Part shown: positions 11,678 to 22,544 of the stretch, piece after piece
Position numbering within the stretch: position 1 is the first letter of the stretch
Layout of the letters: each line of letters starts with the position of its first letter
Assembly: GCA_010909165.1 (NCBI GenBank)
Contig: VJWM01000019.1
Location: 868,001 to 932,000 of the forward strand
Direction of reading: 5' to 3'
DNA from: Anthoceros angustus
Taxonomy: Eukaryota; Plantae; Anthocerotophyta
DNA: 64,000 bases
The notes under the pieces: model-generated
The model's input: only the letters and a program-made list of their open reading frames with translations
Database searches by the model: none
Told to the model about the DNA's origin: nothing
Translations under genes and position numbers: made by a program

Positions 11678-14330
11678 CTAGTTCGCCACAGCTTGATCCA
11701 ACCATGCTCTATATCCAGCAGAAAGCCAGTACAGCTGTGGAGTCTTCTTGTTCTTCTCGTTGGCCTTCGGAATAGCTACCATTGGAAACTTTGTGGTCAG
11801 CACAGTGTCTGCTTCAAGCATTATTGGGTCACCACGTGGCCCTGAATCTAGCAGCTCAAACGCACTTTTGTCAGACGGCACTTGCTCATAGTAATAACCT
11901 TTCACCACTTTTTCACCCGTAAAATCTCACCACCCAAGCGGTCTTCGCCGCTAATGTCGTGAGTGCCTCTGCATTTCGGCATACCACTTGACCTTCTCCT
12001 TATTATCCTTCATTGCACGCACCATGAAATTGTCTCCGGATGCGTGACGGCACCAAATTCCACGGTGGTGCTTCCACCAAGGCACCTTGTCGCTTTCTTG
12101 GGACGCCCGTCTCCCGGTCTTGGAGGCACTCTTCGTTTCAATGTGCCCGAGTCCGATCCGGCTTGCCTCTTGGTTTGGAGAGCGACGTCCACGAAGCTTC
12201 ACCACATCGGAGCGATGTTTCAAGTTGTGGTGCTTTCCGTCTACCAGTAATAGCTTTCGGTGAATTCAATTCCTTAACCTGCTCTGTGGGCACTTCCTTA
12301 CCCAGTGCAGTAGCCATTTCGTCGGTGGCCTGGCTCATAGTGGTCAGTGCACCACCAGGAAAAGTGGCCACTGCGTCACCAGCACAAGTTGCCACTTCAA
12401 CGGTGGCCTGACCCATAGTGGCCACTACACCACCACTGCAAGTGGCCACTACATCACCAACACAAGTGGCCACTGCATCACTTGCACAAGTGGTCACTTC
12501 CTTACCACTCAGTGGGGCCACTTCCTCATCGTCCTTGGTGGTGGCCACCTCCTTCTCTGCTACCAATCCCCTCTCTAAGAGCATCTCCACATCTTTGGGC
12601 AATTCATCCTCACCGGCACTTGACTTCATCTTTGGGCACTTCATCCTTTCATCTTCATCCATCAGCCTACATTCTTCCCTTCTGTCTCCATTGAGGTGGA
12701 CAAAGACGGCAAAAATCTACGGCGAGTATCACCGCATAACTGGGTTTCGATGACAACCAAAGTTTCATCCTCTTGCACAACCTGAGTCTCCGTAAAAAGA
12801 ATTTGGGTATCCTCCTCCACTGCCTGATTGTCCACTCCCTGAGATGCATCTTTGCCAGGCTGGACATCAACAGCCACACATGTGTGCCCACCATGTCTTG
12901 CCTGGTGAGGCATTATTGGCACACAAGCAGATTGACCCGTCTCACTCACTGGAACTTGAACACTGGGGCCAACAAACAAAGAGGTTGCCACGTTCGAGGC
13001 ACCCCCATTCATCGAAGGGGCCAACCCCAAACATGACACTGCTGGGCTGCCCGGAGAGTGGGAAAAATATCGCATCACACTACACCTGTAGGTGCCACTC
13101 GGACTCAAACCACAGGTTTGAGTCCGAGGCACCACCACCTCCAGTATCTGGACATAGTTGTGCATCGCCAACAAGGACGTCTTGGATTAGCCTGCAGACC
13201 GGTATGGGAGGCCCACGAGGTGGTGTGATGAACACTGAGCACCTCCAAGGGGCGGCAGCCATCAGTATGTGCCTATGACCAAACAAAATCCAAGTTAGCA
13301 CAAATGTCTTGTGAAAGTTGTCCCAAATCATGAAGCCAACTTACACAATTACTAACCAGGAGACTCCCAAACTGCCTTCTTCTGTGAGGCAACAGGGGCA
13401 CTATCTTGTGCGACTCCCCAAAGCAATTCTTCCAAACGGTGCTCCATAATGTGGAAGTCTCGCAGGCAACCATGGTAATGCTCTGTCCACTCTCTCTCCC
13501 GATCACGCTCCCATGCCCGGGGGCTGATTTGTGAATGGCCAACCCTTAGCCTTGAGCCACTTTGGAACCGGAAGACAACAAGCAGGATTGGGGCAAGTCA
13601 CCGTGACCAACATGTGTTGGTAGAGGCATGCATCGTGAAAACAGTGCCCACAGGGGAGGAAAACGAACTCATAGCATCCAACCCCCGCAAATCACCATGG
13701 AACCAATAGTCGTTAGAGGCATGGACACAAATTGAAACAAGAGCCAAGGCATGCAAATAGCAGGAGGACAACCTGGTGCACACGCAGCACTTTGTGATAT
13801 GAAGGGGCACATTTTGGCTGGTGTAACAAGGAGCTGGAATCCACTGAGGAGTCCTTTTTCCCTTCAGCGTCAAACTATGTATGCGGCCGAAGGCATCATG
13901 TAAGTCCTCCGCCAAATTAACCCTTCGTTGAAGGGTGTCACGCTCCTTGTTGTTGGCTGTGAGATTGTCCGCCTGCCTCAGATAAGACGATGTTGCCTCT
14001 CGAACATGGGCAACATGTGCATCCTCTTCCGCAGAGAATACTCCAAAGATTTGTTCGGTTTGAAAAGAATATAAAGTTGAAGTCTGCTGGAAAGATCCAT
14101 ACCTTCTTGTCATAGATTATTGCGCCAAGAGCGTGCGTGTGAGCTCACCAAGAGCAATTTTTGCTGCCACTAGATTGCTTGTCTCCTCGCTTGCAATCTG
14201 TGACAAGCGGTTCTCTTCCTTCGACAAGGAGATAAGCTCCTCAACCAGCTGAGTCTTTATGTGCGTGTGCAGCTCGAGAGTATCCCAGCCTACGCACAAG
14301 AGGGTGGGATGCACATTGTAAAATAGGAGA
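11678..14330 (-). CDS. Spliced/frameshifted accessory gene of unknown function with acidic low-complexity repeats and a C-terminal domain resembling the transposase C-terminus
   Basis: ORF pieces 14117-14330 (coiled-coil-like), 13860-14113, 12662-13174, 12138-12662 (8-aa VATCxGDV repeats), 11951-12060 (GDNFMVRAMKDNKEKVKWY) and 11678-11908 (VKGYYYEQ...QLYWLS). Exon borders not resolved. Confidence 0.5.
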
Positions 14331-14475
14331 GATGAACTTCCAAAAATGGTTGTACAGCTCATGTTATTCGCCACCAAGGCATGCTGCCCATGAAAAAGTG
14401 CACACCTGCCCTCCTTGCCCACACGACAAAATGACAACCTAAGAAAATGCTCACATGTCCACAACGTAAGAACAT

Positions 14476-14735
14476 GAGGAATGACGAATGCCCAACTGCC
14501 TGACATGGAATGACGAAATGCCCAACTGCCCGACATTAGGAATGACGAATGCCCAATCGACATTAGGAATGATTTAAATGCCCAACCGCCCATGATGGAA
14601 TGACGAAATGCCCAATCGCCTATTATGGAATGACGAAATGCCCAATCGCCACATTATGGAATGACGAAATGCCCAACCGCCGACATGGGAATGAAATGCC
14701 CAATCGCCCGACATGGGAATGAAATGCCCAATTGC
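14476..14735 (-). repeat. Minisatellite array, unit GGAATGACGAAATGCCCAA(N10-11), ~30 bp
   Basis: About 9 copies of AATGCCCAA visible. Confidence 0.95.
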
Positions 14736-15209
14736 CCGCGTGGATCGATGAACTAGGCACCCCATGCCAAGATGCCCACCGACAGACACATACTGACCGC
14801 AGCAAGACAAAATGACGTAATGACCAAACAACACGGATGTCAATATGCCCATTGCACCTTGCCAATGTGCACTGATGGAATGCCCAAGTGCCCCCATGAA
14901 GTATCCCTCCCAACAGAGCCTAAAGCATGTTTGAACCTGAATCAACAGGTTGGGAAAACAAATGCACAGAGCAAAGAATTAGCATGCTACCAACTTGGAA
15001 ACACCCACACCATGTAGAGTGATGAGCTTACAAAACCAGAAAGCTTGCCAAGACTGATACTTTTGTACAATCAATAATCAGCCAACATAAAGTCGCGCAA
15101 ATAAAGAAATAATCGATTTTGTACAAAATCGTAAATAATATTGTTCTAGATCTAGATGTACTTGTGAGTAAGTATGAATAACTTCAGAGTCGTTGTGACT
15201 ATAGAATCT

Positions 15210-15560
15210 AGTTTGCACCATAACATATACTTCTTTATGTTGCATATATTTTATGTTTTCTTGAAAGCCCAAGCTTACACCATATCATATACTTCTTTAC
15301 GTTGCATGTCTTTAATGTTTTCTTGAAAGCCTTGAGGTCACATGTGGTAGATGAGCATCGAACCGAGGAGTTTGCACCATAACATATACTTCTTTATGTT
15401 GCATGTATTTTATGTTTTCTTGAAAGCCCCAAGTGTACAAGTAGTAGATGAGCATCGAACCGGGGAGTTTGCACCATAACATATATTTCTTTATGTTGCA
15501 TGTACTTTATGTTTTCTTGAAAGCCCCAAGCGTACAAGTAGTAGATGAGCATAGAACTGG
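15210..15560. repeat. Tandem repeat of ~97 bp (GTTTGCACCATAACATATACTTCTTTATGTTGCAT...GAAAGCCC)
   Basis: Copies begin near 15210, 15275 (partial), 15370 and 15467. Confidence 0.9.
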
Positions 15561-16489
15561 GGAGTAGCTCAGTGGTGTATGATCATGAGGATAACCCATA
15601 CTCTTCCGGTGCCGACCTCTAAGCCCCATACATGCTGTCCTTTTGTCCTCTTGGACTGCCATGAAGGGAATCCCAAAGCACCCAAGATACTATTGTTAGA
15701 TGGTTTCTGAGCCAAGTGCCTACTAAGCTTTTACTTCTAGTCCTTACTTTGGGTTCGTGTGTGCGTGAAACTCCTCTAAAAACTTGTCCCGTCATACTAA
15801 CAACAACGAACAATGAATGCGGTACCCCTCAAACTATACCGGACCTGGTATAGCTTACTGGGTTCATTTTTAGGTACACCCAAAGTTGTTGGGCTACCCT
15901 GCATCTTATAACTGGTGCCACATCATACCGTGGGGGTTGATATTGGGTTCTTCGTAACGGTGCCCTGGCGTGGCTTTGTGGGAAACTACATGTGGCGGTA
16001 AACTTTGAAGCGGACATGATGGGAGTCACTTTTTAAGATGCCCCGACATAACATTCGAATGTGAAACGACCTTCATTTGGGTTTTACGCTAAGGGCTGAC
16101 CATACACGCAAACCCACCCTCACTGCCCTAGACCTGTATGCTATGCTACCCCTCGTTTTGGGATGAAGCTAAGAGACGTGCGGCCGCCACTTCCATGGCT
16201 TGGTGAACCATGCCTCCAGCCTCTCTCCTCTCACTCTTTTTCCTCCACGTATGCCACTCTCCTCATTTTGATGTAAACCCTGTTCACATGGTCAATACAT
16301 GTAAAGCATCTTGTGAATGTGAGTGTCACGACAGCTAGTTAGACCGTGAATAGAAAAAGCATAGTCTCGATGTGTCGAGCACCTGATCAATGCCAGATAG
16401 GCACCCGGACGAGATGGCGGATATTGTAATCCGACATATGAAAGGTGGCATTCAATTTGGAACATGCATTCAAACGCTTGGGGGAATGT

Positions 16490-16680
16490 CGTGCCATCGC
16501 TGCCTAGTGTCGAAAGCCAGCATCTGGTTGTCATTGCATAAAAACTATTCATGCAAAACAATGAATGCCATCAGTCTAGCTGCTGCTCGCTACCACTCCT
16601 TGCTACATTTGTCAGCTGCATTCGCACATCCTTCCCCCTTCACATCACACTACAATTCACACATTCACATCACACTGAAG
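16490..16680 (+). repeat. Dispersed direct repeat, copy 1 (copy 2 at ~20325-20510)
   Basis: TGCCATCGCTGCCTAGTGTCGAAAGCCAGCATCTGG...CTAGCTGCTGCTCGCTA...CACATCC matches the 20325 region. Confidence 0.85.
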
Positions 16681-17276
16681 AAACAAACCAGCTACTAGTT
16701 GTTGTCTGTCCATCTTTATTGGTGCATTCTGACAGCTTCATTGTTGTGTTCTACTGCTGTCACAAACACACAAACTGATTACAATGCCACCATTCCCCCC
16801 TGCTGGTTGATGCTTCTCTAGCATTTCGTGTTTGGAAGTAACCCCGTTAGGGTTAACTTCATTTAAACGTAGTAGCTGTTAGGTTAAGTATGTTAAGTTC
16901 AGTTATTGTCAAAGGTTATGACTCTTGGAGAGTTTTTTGTATATAAACACTTTTGCTGTTATTAAATCATTATCATTTTGAGTACATCGTGTGTATAACA
17001 CTCCGATGTTTTACATGGTATCAGAGCCACCAGGCTTTAATCTGCTATCCTACTCTCTATTTGTAAATGCATCAATCTAATACTGAAGATATACGTAGCA
17101 AAAATAGATCATAGACACAAAACCCAATGACCATAATTCATGGTCCCTGGTTCGTGTGTCTAAGATTGTGTTTTGCTACCTACATGACAATATTAGTGAT
17201 AGGCTATTTACATTTAGCAGAAAAATCATGAAACTTTTCAGTGCAACCGCTTGTAAAAGAGCGATACTCAAGGAAA

Positions 17277-17681
17277 ATGCCTCGACGGGGACGATCTCGC
17301 GTCGAGCATCCCGCTGGAGTGACCTGCAACCAACACAATTTCAGGCAACGCTTGGAATCAGCAAGATCTGCCAGGGATTACAGAGCAGGACAGGACGACA
17401 TTCCATTCACCTTACCTTTCTCTCGAACACCCAATCGAGTACACATCGAGAGATATCCAGAGGGAGAGGTGAACACTGCCCGACGCCAAGAAGCCCTGGC
17501 TGCAATTGATCTTTTTCTGCGGAACCAAACATCTTTGCTTGAAGAAGTGCGTAATCTGCAAGAATTGGTGCGTGATTCTACCTCCAATTCTGGAGCGCCT
17601 TCCACCGCCGCAGATCTGTTGCAGATGCTTGTGCCTCCTCGCGAGAAATCGAGATCCAAAGAGACACCAGCAGCGTTGTAG
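17277..17681 (+). CDS. Extra 134-aa ORF in the 5' leader of the Copia element
   Basis: ATG-initiated open frame MPRRGRSRVEH...ETPAAL between PBS and gag. No known domain. Confidence 0.35.
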   Translation: MPRRGRSRVEHPAGVTCNQHNFRQRLESARSARDYRAGQDDIPFTLPFSRTPNRVHIERYPEGEVNTARRQEALAAIDLFLRNQTSLLEEVRNLQELVRDSTSNSGAPSTAADLLQMLVPPREKSRSKETPAAL

Positions 17682-18042
17682 TGTGCTTCATTGGCGGGCC
17701 TCCCGTGTTTGAAGGCCGCTGCGGCATCTTCCCGCGGGAGTTTCAGTGGCGCGTCCTTACCTGGGAGTCGCGACCCATCTACAGATCGTCCGCAGCGAGG
17801 TTGCTTCTCTTGCATCGGCACCGGACGCCTGCTAAGGCAAACATCCGAGTTTAGCTCGAGTTTGCCACAATCGCCACCAGCTGGCGATGTCTGGTGATAT
17901 CTGACATCCAACTAACCTCACCTCTTCGCTGTTTTATATCCACTTCCCGGATGGCTACCTCTTCAGCATTTCAACCCACTTTTTGAAGAAGATCTCGCGC
18001 GGCCTGATCACCCGACCTGATTTTCTTTCAAAAGAAGGTTAG

Positions 18043-19490
18043 AATGGCGACTGGAGGTGGTGCAGGAGGAGGTGGTGGTGGAGGGGAGGAGGCGGGGTGG
18101 TGGTGGAGGGAGGAGGCGGGGCGGGGGTGGTGCAGGTGGAGGGGGAGGTGGAGTAGTCCCTCCATTCCCACCTGTCCCTGTAATACCACAACCTTCCTAC
18201 TCTGTTGAATTTAAAGAGCGGGACAGGTTTAATGGCATGAAATTTGAAGGTTGGAAGGTGCGCATGACAGCTGCCCTGCAAGCGCGACACGTTTGGGGAG
18301 TTGTCACAGGCACGCTTCAGGAACCAGCACAATCTGCCACACAGGAGGAAAAGGACAAGTGGGCGAACCTGAATTACGTCGACGCCGCCTTAATCGGGCC
18401 GGATTTAATCTCGCCGATGTAGCTTTTCTCCACAAAGCCGAAGAGATCTGGACTCTTCTCATACAGACATATGAGGCTAAGAATATCCTTACCATGTGTG
18501 CTGTTCGGGGTGAATTATTCTCCTTGCGCCTCAAGGAAGGCGAAAAGGTGTCTCCTTTTGTCATTCGTTTCAGACAACTGCGAGCCCACCTCATCAACCT
18601 TGGTTCACAGTTTCCTGAGCTTGATGCTGTTAGCCAGCTGCTGACAAGCCTGCCCCCTAGCTACCAGACTTTCGTTTCAAGCTATGGTGCTACTGTCCGA
18701 GCTGCCGATGCTGCTCGAGCTGCAGGACAACCAACCAACATCAATCTTGCCGACGTCATAGGAGCCTTGCTACAGGAGGAACAAAGCAGGCTCACATTTA
18801 CTCACCATGGCGGCCGAACAAAGACTGACAAAGTTCTGTTCACCAGAAGCAAGCCTGATAAACCTCGTTCTTCCCATGGAGCGTTCCAACTCCGATCAAA
18901 CTGACCGAGCTCGAATCGTGTGGCATCCAGGGCCACTGGGAACGCGAATGTAGAAAAAAGAAAGCCGGTGAGGCACGCAAAGCTGAGAAGCCCTCTCGAC
19001 AGGCTGAAGCCCATGTTGCTGCCACCAAGGACCGACCAACTTCGTCGACACCTAACAAGCAACCTGTAGTAATGACAGTTTGTTTTGCTTCGTCTGCATT
19101 TCCTTCCCCACACACATGGTACCTGGACTCCGGGGCCACGTCCCACATTTGCAATGATAAGTCCATGTTTCACCATTATAGAGAGTCTACTACCACTAAC
19201 AAAGTTTTGTTGGGTGATGAAGTAACTCGTACAGGTCTGAGCATCCAAGGACACGGTACCTGCGTGTTTTGCTTGAATGATGGCTCCCTCGCATTTAGAG
19301 AACGCACATGTCCCTCATATGGCCAAAAACCTGATCTCTGTAAGTCAATTGATGTCTCTTCATTTGTACGACCTCTTGTTCACTTCGTCTAGCTGTCAGC
19401 TTACAAAGCGAGGGGGAGATAAGAAGGTCGTAGCAAATGGCACCTTAGTGCATGACTTGTATCAGTTAAATCTGACTTGTATCTGTTGGC
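18043..19490 (+). pseudogene. Copia gag (poly-Gly N-terminus, UBN2-type), zinc knuckle and aspartic protease, frameshifted
   Basis: FNGMKFEGWKVRMTAAL, LLTSLPPSYQTFV, CGIQGHWEREC (~18918), WYLDSGATSHIC (~19117), HVPHMAKNLISVSQL. Confidence 0.9.
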
Positions 19491-20759
19491 TGACCTCATC
19501 ACCGCGAAGGAGATCAGTAGCCGACACTCCCAGTTTGCGATCTGCCAATGTTGATCCGTCGCGAACTCTTTCCAGGCATGGCGGTGGGGGCCTGCTCGTT
19601 CAGCTCCGCCTCGCCCCTTTCTTCTCTGTTTCCTGGCTACCTCACAGCGATGCTGGTACAGTAGATACATCGCTATGGCGAAGGCGAGACCGAGACATGT
19701 GAGTTCCCGCCATCGCTCAGGCCCGACACGCATCTTACTCCCGTTCGGGCGTGTTTGGAAGTAACCCCATTAGGGTTAACTTCATTTAAACGTAGTAGCT
19801 GTTAGGTTAAGTATGTTAAGTTCAGTTATTGTCAAAGGTTATGACTCTTGGAGAGTTTTTTGTATATAAACACTTTTGCTGTTATTAAATCATTATCATT
19901 TTGAGTACATCGTGTGTATAACACTCCGATGTTTTACATTTCGGCACTGTTCATGCATACTCACGGGGCTTGCTTGCAAGCATTGCAAAACCAGGTCCCC
20001 TGTGGCACTTCTTTGAGCGGAGGCTACAGACAAAAAAAATGATATCCTTTGTTGTACTTGTTACAAAGCAATATAGCATCCTTGTCCTATGGCCTGTCAC
20101 AAATTTCACATGGTAAGTCTTCTGGAGTCCACAAGCTAGGTTCAATTTCGGATCGAAGTCCAGCAGATGACATGGTGCTATCTGCATCCATCCCGACCTT
20201 TAAGTTCCACCACTCCGCTCTCCTTGACTTCCACCACCATCTACCTAAGGATTGGTCTACATAGGCCCAGGCCATAGCTTTTCCATCACCGCTTGTTTTA
20301 CATTAGGTACTGTGGATGCTTGTCATGCCATCGTTGCCTAGTGTCAAAAGCCAGCATCTGGCTGTCATTGCATACCATATGTTCATGTTAAAAACAAAAA
20401 CTACAAGCAGGCTAGCTGCTGCTCGCTAACACTTCTTTCTGCATTTGTCAGCTGCAGTTGCACATCCTACCCCCTTCACACCACTCTGCAATTCAGACAT
20501 TCACACTAATAAATAGAGCAATGCATGACGATATGGTAGGGCATCGCCAACCCCTCAGTCTGCTTTCACCTTATGGCATAACTGCAGGTGTGAGCCACAC
20601 TTGCAATGGTAACATCAGTAATAAATCCGTCGATGTCCCTCACCTCGTCGATGACGTCCCTAGGGGCACCCCTAACAACGCCTTAGGAAACAACATCGCG
20701 GGGGTGTGTGACGGGAGGAGAAAGAGAGTAGTTAGAGGGGAGTCACCCGCCTAGGTTAG

Positions 20760-21010
20760 GAGCTGAGTAGATGTTGTGTGTGCTCTCTTCCTCTCAACAG
20801 CGTGCTAAGCTTCAAGCAGCCCGCCATCCTTCACAACTCGCAGGCCACCTCTTCGAGGTGCTGCTCTTAATTTACAACAGAGTACAATGCGTTGCTTGGC
20901 TACCGCATCTACACTCCACACAAAACCAAAGCTAGCTCTCTCATCCAAGTGCTCAGCCTCGCTAGATAAACTGACACTCGAAACTTCAAACCTAGCTCTT
21001 CATTGCATTG
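20760..21010 (-). repeat. LTR-like repeat fragment related to 44990-45260
   Basis: Reverse complement AGCAGCACCTCGAAGAGGTGGCCTGCGAGTTGTG...GGCGGGCTGCTTGAAGCTTAG matches AGCAGCACCTCCAGGAGGTGGTCTGCAAGTTGTC...GGCGGACTACTTGGAGCCTAG at ~45160. Confidence 0.7.
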
Positions 21011-21214
21011 ACAAAACCCTAACTTCAGTTTAATTAGGGCATTGCCCGTTTCTAATCGGGTTGTTCTTAGCACCACAAAGATGAGGATGCTCGACTCTAT
21101 CGACTCACATCCCCGTAGAAAAATAACCTTTCTTCCTCCCGCCCATGTTGTCCCATAGCTCCCATGAACACCATGGCCAAGTGAAGCGAGACCATGATCT
21201 TTGCTCGGTTTTTT

Positions 21215-21405
21215 TTGGCCTCGACCAATTCTACATTGATATTAAATATGCACCTTCCATTGTCCATTTATATCCTTGGTTAAAATATAGGGTGTATATA
21301 CATATATATGTAGATTTATGGAAGCTTAATTATTTGTATATTATGATAGAATACACAGGGCATACGTGTAGGAGTATACTACATACATGTACATGGCACA
21401 CATAT
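21215..21405 (+). repeat. AT-rich repeat fragment of the same family as the inner arms of the 60-62 kb inverted repeat
   Basis: GATATTAAATATGCACC...AAGCTTAATTAT...CAGGGCATAC...GAGTATA matches 61278-61432. Confidence 0.85.
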
Positions 21406-22544
21406 TAATGGTGGGGTGGGGGAGAGTGGTGGGAGACAAGGCTTCAAAGTTGCAGTTCCATATCCCAAAAGGCTACCATATTCGTTTAGTACAATGGCCA
21501 TGTAAACTTTGCAAATGTGAAACTCGAGCAATAAGCTCCACATACATAGAATCTAGAAAGAGAAGACAACATAGTTTGATGTTCTATTCTTCCATTCAAG
21601 TTGGACTATTACCAAGGGACGAGAGGAAGCAAATGACAGCCTTTCATCAATATTTACCTGGCATATATGCTGGCCTGAGGGCAATACACCCAACCGACAA
21701 CCTTTGCAGGAGTTCAACTTGTACGACACCATGATAGTCTTTGCAACTTAGAACAAGGATGATGGGCAAAGCCGCTGAATGCCAAAAGCATGCATTTAGA
21801 GGTTTAGAGGCATACATGTTCAACATAATCTAGCATATCCACAGCATAAGCTATAACCACTATATTGCCAACACGCCGCTCAAAAACCGGAACCTAGCAA
21901 ACTTTCGTCAAACTTCAGTCAAAGCCTCAGCATCTAATGATTTGATTCTTGTCTAAGTCTCTCAATTGTTTGTCTCATCTAGAACTCGCTATGCCATGGA
22001 GTGCCACAGATGCTCTAAGTCTTCCAATTGCTTGAAAGATAGATTTGAAAAACCCAGGCTTACACATCCAAATAAGCTTACCTCGAATACTAATGTGTGA
22101 CCCACAACTGGCGGAAGTCCATTAAACTAGCTTCGGAATCAATTGCTACCACATCTACCAATGGTGTCATTACTTCTCGAACATAGGTGTCTTTGATCTC
22201 CAGCACATGCTCAATCATGTCCTGCAAAGTAGCATAGCATCATACAAAAAAAAAAGGGTGGGCAGACAAGACGGGAGAAAATGAATCAAAGTGTTGAATC
22301 GAGCGAAGAGGGCTCTAACAGGGGAATCAGGAACCGGCGGATCCTCGCCATAACTTTGGAACGGGGCCGACACCAATTCTAACCAGCATTCTACCGCTGG
22401 ACCAGTTCCGTTCAGGGGCTCCAGGACCCGTGTGATAATCTACAGTCTCAGTTGTAGAGAGACCGAGTACTCGCTGCTGAGCACACAGATGTTGTGACGG
22501 GGTTTTCCATTGCATCCTCAGTGCATGGAAGACCCATCCTTAGT

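Larger units (their letters stand above)
16829..19938 (+). mobile_element. Non-autonomous Ty1/Copia LTR retrotransposon (gag-protease only, TR-GAG-like), 3110 bp
   Basis: 187-bp LTRs at 16829-17015 and 19752-19938 (TG..CA, one mismatch seen). TSD TTTCG on both sides. PBS TGGTATCAGAGCC at 17016. No integrase core, RT or RNase H motifs. Confidence 0.95.

Noticed and set aside
15560-15620. tRNA-like start GGGGAGTAGCTCAGTGGT
   Set aside because: No T-arm (GTTCRA) or cloverleaf follows.
21410-22200. Possible decayed coding sequence
   Set aside because: No recognisable motif in any frame.
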